Positions 10,301-18,994 of a stretch of 64,000 bases of DNA are shown here, piece after piece; the first letter of the stretch is position 1; every line of letters starts with the position of its first letter. The DNA comes from Agitococcus sp. (lineage in GTDB: Bacteria > Pseudomonadota > Gammaproteobacteria > Pseudomonadales > Moraxellaceae), in NCBI GenBank assembly GCA_030646715.1, contig JAUSLJ010000034.1, positions 5,423 through 69,422 of the forward strand. Reading direction: 5' to 3'. The notes beneath the pieces are model-generated. The model was given only the letters and a program-made list of their open reading frames with translations, ran no database searches and was not told the DNA's origin. A program made the position numbers and the translations under genes.

Positions 10301-10983
10301 AAACAGGACTCATCTACGCCCACGCCAACAACATCGGCTTCGACCCCACCCGCTACACCACCTTCCCCGCCGATGCCGACGGCATTCTCCCCGTAACCGA
10401 CATGCTTTGGTTTGCCGACGATGCAGCCAACCGCGTCCGCGAATTCCTCTTAGCCGTATGGGGTCAAACCACCCTCGACGAAAACCTGCTTTGGCTCGCC
10501 GACAGCCTAGGCCGCAAATCAGAAGAAACCCCAGAAGAAGCGATCCGCCGTTACATTGCCACTAGCTTCTACAAAGACCACCTGCAAACCTACAAAAAAC
10601 GGCCTATCTACTGGCTGTTTAGCTCAGGCAAACACAAAGCCTTTGAAGCCTTGGTTTACTTGCATCGCTACAACGAAGGCACACTCTCGCGTATGCGTAC
10701 CGAATACGTCGTCCCCCTCACAGGCAAAATGAACGACCGCATGCGCTTTTTAGAAACAGAAGTGCCCAAAGCCACCTCCACCGCCGAACGCAAAAAGCTA
10801 GAAAAAGACATCGACCGTCTCAAAAAGAAACTGGACGAGCTGCGCCTGTATGACGAAAAACTGCGACACTACGCCGACCGCCGCATCGCGCTCGATTTGG
10901 ATGATGGCGTGAAAGTGAATTATGGCAAGTTTGGTGATTTGTTGGCGGAAGTTAAGGCGATTACGGGGGGTAGTGATGACTAA
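7378..10983 (+). CDS. pglX: BREX N6-adenine DNA methyltransferase PglX
   Basis: 1201 aa. It has the SAM-binding motif 'VLDPACGSGHIL' and the catalytic motif 'VVANPPYM' (NPPY). Position between brxC and pglZ fits PglX. Confidence 0.93.
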   Translation: MNKSNLKTYAPQARRDFIDMVTSRAAQLGIAEQNGELRVENSLVQGEVLVIAGQAFPVKIELLRKRLLERIRQQGFSQTMEAIAYTWFNRFAALRYIELHDYLEHGQRVLSSVSAGGLPDILTHALDLAEAGELPTISRDMVADLKLTNKDGELYKRLLVAQCNKLATAMPFLFEKIDDDSELLLPDTLLRTDSVIRKLVDGIPEEDWQQVEVIGWLYQFYISEKKDQVIGKVVKSEDIPAATQLFTPNWIVKYLVQNSIGRLWLMANPHSGLAAQMEYYIQPAEQTSEVQAQLDALIKVRVEEDGETLSPLSITVLDPACGSGHILVEAYDLLKAIYLERGYKIREIPRLILKHNLFGLDIDDRAAQLAGFALLMKARADDRRLFENTPELNVLAIQDSKGVDDAVMSEAVMQAAIRLEGGEVLGNRDLFGGGALAAVHSSGLVVGDVRELIRLFEFGKTFGSLLMVPETLAGKLPKLKALLEQVIKSGDSLAKSYAVQIQSDYLRPAGVLGKVYDAVVANPPYMSSKGMNNKIKDFARTHFDESKYDLFSMFIMRGFGLCKKFGLNSLVTIQSWMFLSSFEDMRLRLISEKTFINLVQIGYNSFPELNSKVVQCAAFISSNYSNPFFNSRYINLNSAAQSADKKSVFLEMSPSNVFDVTQNDIASIPGYALAYWANNIALSHFQKQQSLGSIADLRSGISTGDNEQFYRSWFEVSFEKTNFNPDSFIGGKWFPIIRGGDYRRWYGNKESVINLENDGSDIIKSGNNFRLRTKEFYTKIGVTWSRITSGPLSFRLKTKDVNFGENSPCLFSDSNEKLMLAILNSKVAGYFLGLISPTLSNQVIDVAKIPIIASDHVNTTLIDQLIDLYKFDWDCHETSWNFHSSPIAHKTNYSMSIKSSWGKWGKLANENITNAMAAEKANNESIIKIYGLAHELSPSVEIETITLTRPDREKDMQRFISYAIGNMMGRYSLNETGLIYAHANNIGFDPTRYTTFPADADGILPVTDMLWFADDAANRVREFLLAVWGQTTLDENLLWLADSLGRKSEETPEEAIRRYIATSFYKDHLQTYKKRPIYWLFSSGKHKAFEALVYLHRYNEGTLSRMRTEYVVPLTGKMNDRMRFLETEVPKATSTAERKKLEKDIDRLKKKLDELRLYDEKLRHYADRRIALDLDDGVKVNYGKFGDLLAEVKAITGGSDD

Positions 10984-12202
10984 GTTGATTAGCCTTGAGG
11001 TTAGGAACTTCAAATCATTGGCGGACGTTAAAATAGATTTTTCTCATCTAACTTGTTTGATTGGTATGAATGGGGCTGGTAAAAGCTCCATATTGCAGTC
11101 ACTTGACTATTTCTCACAGTTGATGCGAGGAAACATTCAAACATGGCTGGATCAGCGCGACTGGACGGCGGGAGACCTGAACTGCAAACTCATATCGGAA
11201 AGCAACATTACCACTAATGCTCTGCTTGAATTGAACAGTGGAGTGAAAGTCGTCTGGTTTGCCGCTTTCAACCGCCGCGACCTGAGATGCACTCGTGAAT
11301 ATGTGCGTACGATAGATGGAAAAACCATCTTCACGCTAAGTAGCGGACGATACTTTATTGATGAACCCAGTACCCTTCAAGATATTCAAGTGGGCTATCA
11401 GGGATCCTTCATTGCCCACTTGCGACTTGGCGACGATCCAATTGCACTCATTTTGAAAGAGATTCGTGATTTCATTAAAGGAGTCCAGTCTCTGGAATTA
11501 CTATCCCCGAACTTAATGCGCAAGCGCGCCCGCAAGACGGATAAAGACATTGGCGCAGGTGGGGAAAAATTATCTGCTTTCTTGGGTTCATTAAAAGGCG
11601 AAGCGCACGACAAGCTGCTGGGTCTTCTACGTAACTTTTATCCAAACATTCAAAACTTCAGTGTTTCCAACCTCAGGTCTGGCTGGAAGAGGCTCAATAT
11701 TATAGAGCAATTTGGTTATCAGAAATTGGAAACAGAGGCACGGCACATCAATGATGGTCTCCTGCGTATTCTGGCTATTCTGGCGCAGACCGAAACGGTA
11801 CCGTCGATACTATTGCTGGATGAAATAGAAAACGGCATCAATCAAGAAATAGTAGACAAGCTGGTCAAGGTACTTCTGGAGGCTCCAGCTCAGATTGTGA
11901 TTACGACCCACAGCCCATTAGTGCTTAATTATTTCCCTGATGATGTTGCTAAAGACAGCGTCCAATTTGTTTATAAATCACCTTTGGGCAAAACCAGTAT
12001 TCGCCCATTCTTCAAAATCCCGCGCATCGCTGAAAAATTGCAAGTCATGGGGCCTGGCGAAGCCTTCGTGGACACAGATCTGAAGTCACTTACTCAAGAA
12101 TCGTTGGAGCAAGATATTAAGGATGCAGAGCACAAGGCAATGCGATTTGAGTTTGAGCTTCAGCACTCTTTAGGCGCCAGCTTACGTAGGTCGAAACCAT
12201 GA
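10976..12202 (+). CDS. ABC/AAA_21-type ATPase embedded in BREX (AriA-like / split-OLD ATPase)
   Basis: The chosen start is ATG 10976 (MTKLISLEVRNFKSL...), overlapping the pglX stop by 8 nt. Motifs read: Walker A 'GMNGAGKSS', Walker B 'LLLDEIENG', H-loop 'TTHSP'. Confidence 0.8.
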   Translation: MTKLISLEVRNFKSLADVKIDFSHLTCLIGMNGAGKSSILQSLDYFSQLMRGNIQTWLDQRDWTAGDLNCKLISESNITTNALLELNSGVKVVWFAAFNRRDLRCTREYVRTIDGKTIFTLSSGRYFIDEPSTLQDIQVGYQGSFIAHLRLGDDPIALILKEIRDFIKGVQSLELLSPNLMRKRARKTDKDIGAGGEKLSAFLGSLKGEAHDKLLGLLRNFYPNIQNFSVSNLRSGWKRLNIIEQFGYQKLETEARHINDGLLRILAILAQTETVPSILLLDEIENGINQEIVDKLVKVLLEAPAQIVITTHSPLVLNYFPDDVAKDSVQFVYKSPLGKTSIRPFFKIPRIAEKLQVMGPGEAFVDTDLKSLTQESLEQDIKDAEHKAMRFEFELQHSLGASLRRSKP

Positions 12203-12966
12203 TTTTAGTACTCAGTGGTGAAGGGCCCACCGATCTTGGTCGCTGTAACACAGGCTCAGAGCAGTGTCAGGACAAAGCGTTTGATATTGGGCCAATGGCA
12301 GTGATCACAGACAAGCTAATTGAAGAGAAGATCGGCTACTCCCTTAGGTCTATCCCTGAGGCTATTCATTTCGTTTCAAAAAAAGCATTGGTTGCATGGA
12401 GCAAAGCGCAACGAACGCCTCGTATGCCATCTTTACGGGGCTTACAAACACAGGTTGAAACCCGTTACTTTTTTTTCAATGCACGTGCTTTAGGGGAAAT
12501 TGCGAAAGATATTCAAGACAGAAATACGGATCAACCAGTGATTGCTATCCTCTTCAGGGATACAGACGGCACTTGTAGTGCCCCAAGTCAACTCTGGAGA
12601 GATAAGCATAAATCCATAATGGATGGCTTTGAATCCGTTCCGTTCATGCGAGGTATCCCCATGCTTCCGAAACCAAAATCTGAAGCATGGTTGCTTTGTG
12701 CCATTAGGGAGCCTTCCTACCAACATTGTCGGCAATTAGAAGATATCTCTGGCAATGATAAGGCTCCTAACCCCGCCAAAGACCAACTTCAGAATACCAT
12801 GCAAACTGAACCATCTCGTGAAACTTTGATTGAGTGGATTGAAAGCCACGGCTTCAGATGGGAAGCCGTTTCTGAACAAATGCCAAGTTTCCAATCATTC
12901 ACAATAAGATTGAATGAAATATTAGACCAAATAATTCGACCATCTCGCGAAGGATCTGCACAATGA
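12199..12966 (+). CDS. Toprim-like protein (DUF4435/DUF4276-type; AriB-like candidate nuclease)
   Basis: 255 aa. 'ILVLSGEGPTDLG' matches the Toprim Glu motif, 'ILFRDTDGT' is DxD-like, and 'KSEAWLLC' follows. It has 4-nt overlaps with the upstream ATPase and downstream pglZ. Confidence 0.6.
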   Translation: MILVLSGEGPTDLGRCNTGSEQCQDKAFDIGPMAVITDKLIEEKIGYSLRSIPEAIHFVSKKALVAWSKAQRTPRMPSLRGLQTQVETRYFFFNARALGEIAKDIQDRNTDQPVIAILFRDTDGTCSAPSQLWRDKHKSIMDGFESVPFMRGIPMLPKPKSEAWLLCAIREPSYQHCRQLEDISGNDKAPNPAKDQLQNTMQTEPSRETLIEWIESHGFRWEAVSEQMPSFQSFTIRLNEILDQIIRPSREGSAQ

Positions 12967-15575
12967 TCGAATCCAAAATCTTAACCGCATTGAAAACCCT
13001 GTTTGAAAGCCAGCGTTTTGTTTTTTGGCACGATGATGACGCGCACTTTGCTGAAGAAGCAGCCGCTCTGGAAGGTAATAACATTCATGTGGTCAATACC
13101 GAAACAACCCCTTCTCTAAAGCTTAAAATCGACATCGAACAATCCGACCCCACCAGCAAATGGCTCTTCTACAGCCAACGCCCCGTGCCCGTAGCCGACC
13201 AAGACTGGCTATTAGACATCCGCATGCGTAGCAAACCCTTCTTTGCTGACGAAACATCCATGCAACTTGAAGAGTTGGGACTACACACCCTTTCCTTACG
13301 CAGCCACCTCAAGGCTCGAGCCCAATTCCTGCGCGCTAAAGACCGCTTTGAACGCATGAAGAAACTGGTACTCCCAACCGATACTCAAGCCGATCTTGAT
13401 CGTAAGATGATGGCCATCCTTATTCGTGCTGACCAACCAGACTTGGCCAGTATGCTGCTCAAATTATTCACTAGCATGGATCAAAATGGCAACGTTGACC
13501 TGAACATCGAACCGCGTGGATGGGCTGAGTTAAGTACGTATGGCCTACTACCTTCATTTTGGACACTGATGAAGGACGAACTCGGCTACGAGGTTTCAGA
13601 TCCTTCGCTGCGCGACTTGCTGTTTCGGATAATGGTGTCCGACCTCGCTAAGGGTCTAGCGGGCAACCTACCTGTTGGTCTGACTCACTTTTTGCTTCCT
13701 GACCGTGCCAAAGCCGCCAGTGCTTCAGTATTTCTTAGCCAATGGCGCGGCAACATTACCCACTTTAGCAGCTACGACAGTATTTCTACGGAAGTCGCTC
13801 AACAGCTCCAACTCAGTCAACTGATTTCGGGCATCCATGCCGAAGACCTGCTTAACGCCATGACTTTCGCCGAGATCGAAAAGTTAATTATCATCGACTT
13901 GCGTGACCGCATTCTCACCAGTGCTGGCTCCGCGCTGGATATCGTCCGCGATGTATTTGCACGTCGTCGGGATGGCCATTGGGCTAATCCCAAGCTGGCA
14001 TCCAATAGTGACACCACGCGTGCGATGCTGTGTTGCTACGAAGCACTGGAAGCTGCCGCTCACTTTTATTCGTTAAAAAGTCGCTACAGCGAGGGCTTTA
14101 GTTTCGCGACCGCCGTTGAAGCCGCTGACCTCTACCGTAAAGAACTCTTTCGCTTCGACCAAACTTACCGTCACTTTCACCGTGCAGCCGAGCAAGTGGA
14201 CGTTCATGGCTGGACGCTCCTCCAAAACCTGCGTAAACAAGTCGAAATCGCTTACACCGACTGGTTCCTGCCGCATCTTAGTCTAGCGTGGGGCAAAGTT
14301 ATTGAAGGTGATAACGGACTGCTATCTCATTGGAAACTACCTGACTGGACTAGCCAAACCGACTTTTATCAAAGCAAAGTTAAAACCGTGTTGGCTAACC
14401 CCAACATTAAGCGAGTATTTGTCATCATCTCCGATGCGTTACGTTTTGAGGCGGCTGAAGAACTGAGCCGAATCATTAATGGTCGCAACAAATACGAAGC
14501 CAGTCTGAGCACCCTATTAGGCGTTCTGCCCAGTTATACCAAACTAGGCATGGCGGCACTTCTGCCCCATAAGTCACTGGCATACAAAGAAGGATCTAGC
14601 CTGAATGTCACCGCTGATGGCAAGCCAACATCCGATGTCGCTGACCGAAGTGCTGTGCTTAGCAAAGTTGGTGGCATGGCCATTAAATGGGAGGAGCTGA
14701 TTGGTCTAGGTAAAGACAAAGCTCGCGAGTCGGTTCGGGATTACAGTGTAATTTACATCTACCACGACCATATCGACCACGTAGGAGAGACAGCCTCCTC
14801 CGAACGTAGAACATTTGAAGCGGTTAGTACGACCCTTGAGGAAATGAACACCATTACGGGATTCATCATTGGCAACTTGAATGCTTCTACTGTGCTAATA
14901 ACTGCCGATCATGGATTCCTTTATCAAGAGTCTGCACTTGATGATGCAGATCGCTCGACATTGGACATAAAAGCTGCGGGTGCCATCGTCACCAAAAAGC
15001 GTTATGTCATTGGCAGAAAACTGGGATACACCGACAAGGCATGGTGTGGCAACACTTCCGTAACCGCTGGCATGGCAGAAGCCGACAGCCTCGACTTTTG
15101 GGTGCCTAAAGGTGCGACTCGCTTTCACTTCGTTGGCGGCGCCCGCTTTGTTCATGGCAGTGCCATGCCACAAGAAGTTGTCGTACCACTCATTACGATC
15201 AAGGTCAGTGGCTCAGACAAGGCTAAAACCAGTCAGGTCACTATTGCCCCACTCATGATGTCAACCAAAGTAGTGAATAATCTCCCTCGTTTCGAGTTCA
15301 TTCAGACTGAACCTGTATCGACCAAAGTTCTACCGCGCACAGTGGTACTCTCCCTGCGTGATGGCGATACGCTGATCAGCAGCGAGCATACCATCACCTT
15401 CGATAGCAGCTCCAACTCCATGGATGAGCGCAAGAAGTCGGTCATATTGACGGTCAAGAATGGCGGCTATGACGCCAAAAAAGATTACCACTTGGTCGTA
15501 CGCGACGCCGACAGCAAGGTGGAACTACATCGCATCACCCTGAAAATCGACTTGGCCTTGGCCAATGATTTCTAA
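12963..15575 (+). CDS. pglZ: BREX alkaline-phosphatase-fold protein PglZ
   Basis: 870 aa. 'VLITADHGFLYQE' is the PglZ/alkaline-phosphatase-type motif. Synteny directly before brxL fits. Confidence 0.92.
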   Translation: MIESKILTALKTLFESQRFVFWHDDDAHFAEEAAALEGNNIHVVNTETTPSLKLKIDIEQSDPTSKWLFYSQRPVPVADQDWLLDIRMRSKPFFADETSMQLEELGLHTLSLRSHLKARAQFLRAKDRFERMKKLVLPTDTQADLDRKMMAILIRADQPDLASMLLKLFTSMDQNGNVDLNIEPRGWAELSTYGLLPSFWTLMKDELGYEVSDPSLRDLLFRIMVSDLAKGLAGNLPVGLTHFLLPDRAKAASASVFLSQWRGNITHFSSYDSISTEVAQQLQLSQLISGIHAEDLLNAMTFAEIEKLIIIDLRDRILTSAGSALDIVRDVFARRRDGHWANPKLASNSDTTRAMLCCYEALEAAAHFYSLKSRYSEGFSFATAVEAADLYRKELFRFDQTYRHFHRAAEQVDVHGWTLLQNLRKQVEIAYTDWFLPHLSLAWGKVIEGDNGLLSHWKLPDWTSQTDFYQSKVKTVLANPNIKRVFVIISDALRFEAAEELSRIINGRNKYEASLSTLLGVLPSYTKLGMAALLPHKSLAYKEGSSLNVTADGKPTSDVADRSAVLSKVGGMAIKWEELIGLGKDKARESVRDYSVIYIYHDHIDHVGETASSERRTFEAVSTTLEEMNTITGFIIGNLNASTVLITADHGFLYQESALDDADRSTLDIKAAGAIVTKKRYVIGRKLGYTDKAWCGNTSVTAGMAEADSLDFWVPKGATRFHFVGGARFVHGSAMPQEVVVPLITIKVSGSDKAKTSQVTIAPLMMSTKVVNNLPRFEFIQTEPVSTKVLPRTVVLSLRDGDTLISSEHTITFDSSSNSMDERKKSVILTVKNGGYDAKKDYHLVVRDADSKVELHRITLKIDLALANDF

Positions 15576-15594
15576 TTTCTGGAAGACCTGACCC

Positions 15595-17628
15595 ATGCAA
15601 CCAGACAAGCACACCGACCCCGAACTGGATAACCTACTCATCCGACATTTTGCGGGAAAAGTGGTTCGCAAGGATCTCACGAAGCTCATCAAGGAAGGCG
15701 CGAATGTACCCGTCTACGTGCTGGAGTATCTGCTAGGTATGTACTGCGCTTCGGAAGATCCCGAGGTCATCCGAATTGGCCTAGAGAATGTGAAGCGCAT
15801 TCTCGCCGAGAACTACGTGCGTCCAGATGAAGCGGAAAAGATCAAGTCCAAGATTCGTGAGGCGGGTAGCTATAAGGTTATCGACAAGGTCACGGTCAAA
15901 CTTAACGAGAAGCGCGACAGCTATGAGGCGCTGCTTTCCAACCTCGGCGTCAAGAATGCAGACATGCCCGACAGTCATGTCCGTGAGTTCGAAAAACTGT
16001 TAGTCGGCGGGATTTGGTGCATTGTCTCCATACGCTACCATTTTGAGGAAAATCAAAAAGGCTCGCCCTTCCTAATCACTGACCTCAAGCCTATTCAGAT
16101 GCCCAACATGGATCTGAACGGATTGTTTGAAGGCCGTAAACAGTTTACTCAAACTCAGTGGATAGATGCGTTGATCCGCTCCACAGGTATGGAACCGACT
16201 TGTTTCAAAGAACGAGTGAAATGGCACCTACTGGCTCGCATGATTCCGCTAGTCGAGAACAACTACAACCTGTGTGAACTAGGGCCGCGTGGTACAGGTA
16301 AAAGCCATATCTACAAAGAAATCAGCCCCAACAGTATTCTTGTGTCGGGTGGCCAGACCACAGTCGCCAATCTCTTTTACAACTTGAGTGCTCGTAAAGT
16401 TGGACTAGTCGGTTTATGGGATGTCGTCGCCTTTGACGAGGTGGCAGGTATTAGCTTTAAAGATCATGACGGCGTGCAGATCATGAAGGATTACATGGCA
16501 TCTGGCTCCTTCAGTCGAGGCCGTGAATCAATCAACGCCAACGCTTCGATGGTTTTTGTCGGCAACATCAATCAAAGTGTCGAGTCTCTGGTGAAAACCA
16601 GTCACCTACTGGCTCCTTTCCCTGCTGCCATGATTGACTCCGCTTTCTTTGATCGCTTTCACGCCTATGTTCCTGGCTGGGAAATACCAAAGATGCGCCC
16701 AGAGTTCTTCACCAACCAGTACGGCATGATTGTCGACTACCTCGCCGAATACCTAAGAGAGATGCGTAAACGCAGTTTCTCGGATGCCATCGACAAATGG
16801 TTCCGACTTGGCAACAACCTGAATCAACGGGACACTATCGCCGTGCGCCGCACTGTCTCTGGCCTACTGAAGCTAGTCTGCCCACATGGCGAGTATGACA
16901 AGGAAGCCGTGCGTCAGTGTCTTGAATACGCACTTGAAACCCGTCGCCGCGTAAAGGAACAATTGAAAAAGATTGGTGGCATGGAGTTCTATGACGTTCA
17001 CTTCAGTTATATCGACTTGGAGGACGGCCAAGAGCGTTTCGTCAATGTGCCTGAGCAAACAGGTGGTGGCCTGATTCCTGAAGGTCGCCCAAACCCTGGC
17101 ATCGTGCATACCATCGCCATGAGCGGCAATGAAATGCCCACCATCTACCGCATAGAAATACAAACGTTAGCAGGTACTGGCAAGCTGTTGGTATCTGGCC
17201 CCCTCTCACGAGAGCCGGTTCGCATAGCCTTTGATTACTTTAAAGCACATGCCAGCCGAGTCAGTGGCAGCATCCGTGCAGGTGAACATGACTTCCACTT
17301 ACATCTCGTTGATCTGCAAGGCGGCGGTGAGCCAAATGCATCTACGCTGGCAAGCCTAATAGCCTTGTGCTCTGGAGCACTAGGTCGCCCAGTACAGAGT
17401 CAATTAGCCATAATGGGAGATATGAGTCTAGGTGGCGTCATCACCCCTACAAGAAACCTAGCAGAGTCACTGCAAGTGGCTTTCGATGCTGGTGCCAAAC
17501 GAATACTTTTACCAATGTCGAGTGTCGGTGATATTCCAACTGTGCCTGGGGAACTGTTTGCGAAGTTCCAGACAAGCTTTTACTCGGATCCTGTGGATGC
17601 TGTGTTTAAAGCGGTTGGTGTCGAATAA
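15595..17628 (+). CDS. brxL: BREX Lon-like protease BrxL
   Basis: 677 aa with the P-loop 'GPRGTGKSH' and a C-terminal Lon-protease-like domain (MGDMSLGGVITP...). It is the terminal gene of the type 1 BREX order. Confidence 0.92.
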   Translation: MQPDKHTDPELDNLLIRHFAGKVVRKDLTKLIKEGANVPVYVLEYLLGMYCASEDPEVIRIGLENVKRILAENYVRPDEAEKIKSKIREAGSYKVIDKVTVKLNEKRDSYEALLSNLGVKNADMPDSHVREFEKLLVGGIWCIVSIRYHFEENQKGSPFLITDLKPIQMPNMDLNGLFEGRKQFTQTQWIDALIRSTGMEPTCFKERVKWHLLARMIPLVENNYNLCELGPRGTGKSHIYKEISPNSILVSGGQTTVANLFYNLSARKVGLVGLWDVVAFDEVAGISFKDHDGVQIMKDYMASGSFSRGRESINANASMVFVGNINQSVESLVKTSHLLAPFPAAMIDSAFFDRFHAYVPGWEIPKMRPEFFTNQYGMIVDYLAEYLREMRKRSFSDAIDKWFRLGNNLNQRDTIAVRRTVSGLLKLVCPHGEYDKEAVRQCLEYALETRRRVKEQLKKIGGMEFYDVHFSYIDLEDGQERFVNVPEQTGGGLIPEGRPNPGIVHTIAMSGNEMPTIYRIEIQTLAGTGKLLVSGPLSREPVRIAFDYFKAHASRVSGSIRAGEHDFHLHLVDLQGGGEPNASTLASLIALCSGALGRPVQSQLAIMGDMSLGGVITPTRNLAESLQVAFDAGAKRILLPMSSVGDIPTVPGELFAKFQTSFYSDPVDAVFKAVGVE

Positions 17629-18072
17629 TCTTGCTTTTTAGGAGATATTGAAGAGAAGGAATCCAACGGTGTAATTGGCCGTTTTCTCTTGGCTATTAAT
17701 GCCGCTCAATCAGCATAAACAATTTAGCATGCTACATTGAATCGCACCGCTTCTAACTGGAACGCCTAATGAGGGCAGAAACTTGTTTTCTGTTCTCATT
17801 AGGGGGAAATGTAATTTGCCAATCAGACGACTACTTTGTCAAATCAAACTTTTTAGCACAGACTCAAAATATGTTGGAAATTTTTCCAAAATCTGGGTTA
17901 ACAATTCTTCATGGGTTTGAAGGGAAGGTTTAAAGAATTCCTGCTCATATCCGTCTTCAATAAGTGAATTTCTTACCGTTAGCGCAATGACTCTATCAGC
18001 AAAGCCGTGGTCATAGGCATGTGTCGTCAAAGGGTAAGCTACGAGACGATGGGAAAAAATTACTCGAAATGG

Positions 18073-18110
18073 CTTAACGTGCTTTAAATTCCGTTTCCTG
18101 AGACGACCCC
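18073..18110. repeat. Tn3-family (Tn21/Tn501-like) 38-bp terminal inverted repeat, copy 1 (outer GGGG end at 18110)
   Basis: The sequence is CTTAACGTGCTTTAAATTCCGTTTCCTGAGACGACCCC. Its reverse complement starts GGGGTCGTCTCAG...ACGTTAAG. By my recollection it matches the Tn21 IR (GGGGTCGTCTCAGAAAACGGAAAATAAAGCACGCTAAG) at about 34/38 positions. Confidence 0.7.
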
Positions 18111-18862
18111 ACGTTGAGCACTCCGGCACGCCCGACAAGCTCATCCTCAAAGCCTGTAGTGCCGACTTCAACAAAAACATCCACGAGAAAAAATCCACTA
18201 GCTACCATGCCAAAACACTCGGCGAGATTGTGGCCACCATCGCCAAGGCCCATAACCTGATACCTAAAGTCAGTAAAAACGTGGCCAGCATTCACATTGA
18301 TCACGTCGACCAGACCGATGAAAGTGACCTCAACCTGCTCTCTCGTTTGGCTACCGACAACGATGCCATTGTTACCGTTAAGGCTGGCCACCTTCTGTTG
18401 TTTAAATCGGGCCAAGCGACTACCGTCAGTGGCCAGCCTATACCGACAATCACCCTCACCCGCGCCAATGGCGACCAACATCGCTATAACATTGTTGAGC
18501 GTGAAGGTGGCTACACCGGTGTTAAAGCATATTGGAATGACAAGCAAGGTGCTCGACGTACAGAGGTGATGATTGGCAAAGTGGGCAAATTGAAAGTGCT
18601 CCGCAAGACTTATCGCACCGAAGCACAGGCCAAAAGTGCCGCGAATGCTGAACTCAACCGCACTAAGCGCAACGGCGCTACTTTTAGCCTGACGATGGCG
18701 CTTGGCCGTCCTGATATTACGCCAGAAACACCGATTAAACTTAATGGCTGGAAGGTAGAGATAGATAAGCATTCTTGGTTAGTGACTAAAGCGACTCATA
18801 GTTTGAGTTCAGGCTTGACGACTGTGCTTGATTTGGAAACCTTTTTGGCCGCAATTAAGTGA
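18111..18862 (+). pseudogene. N-terminally truncated P2-type late control/tail protein gpD fragment
   Basis: The frame is open from the IR boundary to stop 18862. The translation '...TLGEIVATIAKAHNL...VDQTDESDLNLLSRLA...FKSGQATTVSGQPIPTITLTR...YTGVKAYWNDK...AKSAANAELNRTKRNGATFSLTMALGRPDI...' is typical of the C-terminal two thirds of gpD. It has no proper N-terminus or start. Confidence 0.7.
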
Positions 18863-18994
18863 AATTTACAACGAGTCTTTTTTATACCCATAATTATCAT
18901 AACAAGGGCTACTCGACACCCCATTTTGCAAGGCGTATCCTTAAGTAGCAAGTCATTTCCAACCTAGATACACAAGTAATGGATTACAACAACT

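Noticed and set aside
10922-10975. Upstream start for the embedded ATPase (ORF track start 10922)
   Set aside because: The first 18 codons lie inside the pglX C-terminus and read 'MASLVICWRKLRRLRGVV'. The conserved ABC-ATPase N-terminus (MTKLISLEVRNFKSL) begins at ATG 10976.
17839-18198. 119-aa minus-strand ORF spanning the BREX-side DNA, the Tn3-type IR and the start of the gpD fragment
   Set aside because: It is chimeric. Its N-terminal third is read antisense through gpD and the IR. Inside the IR boundary there is no in-frame start codon. At best it is a 3' fragment of an unknown gene.
18074-18772. 232-aa minus-strand ORF
   Set aside because: It is antisense to the gpD-homologous frame, which has a far more protein-like and recognisable translation.
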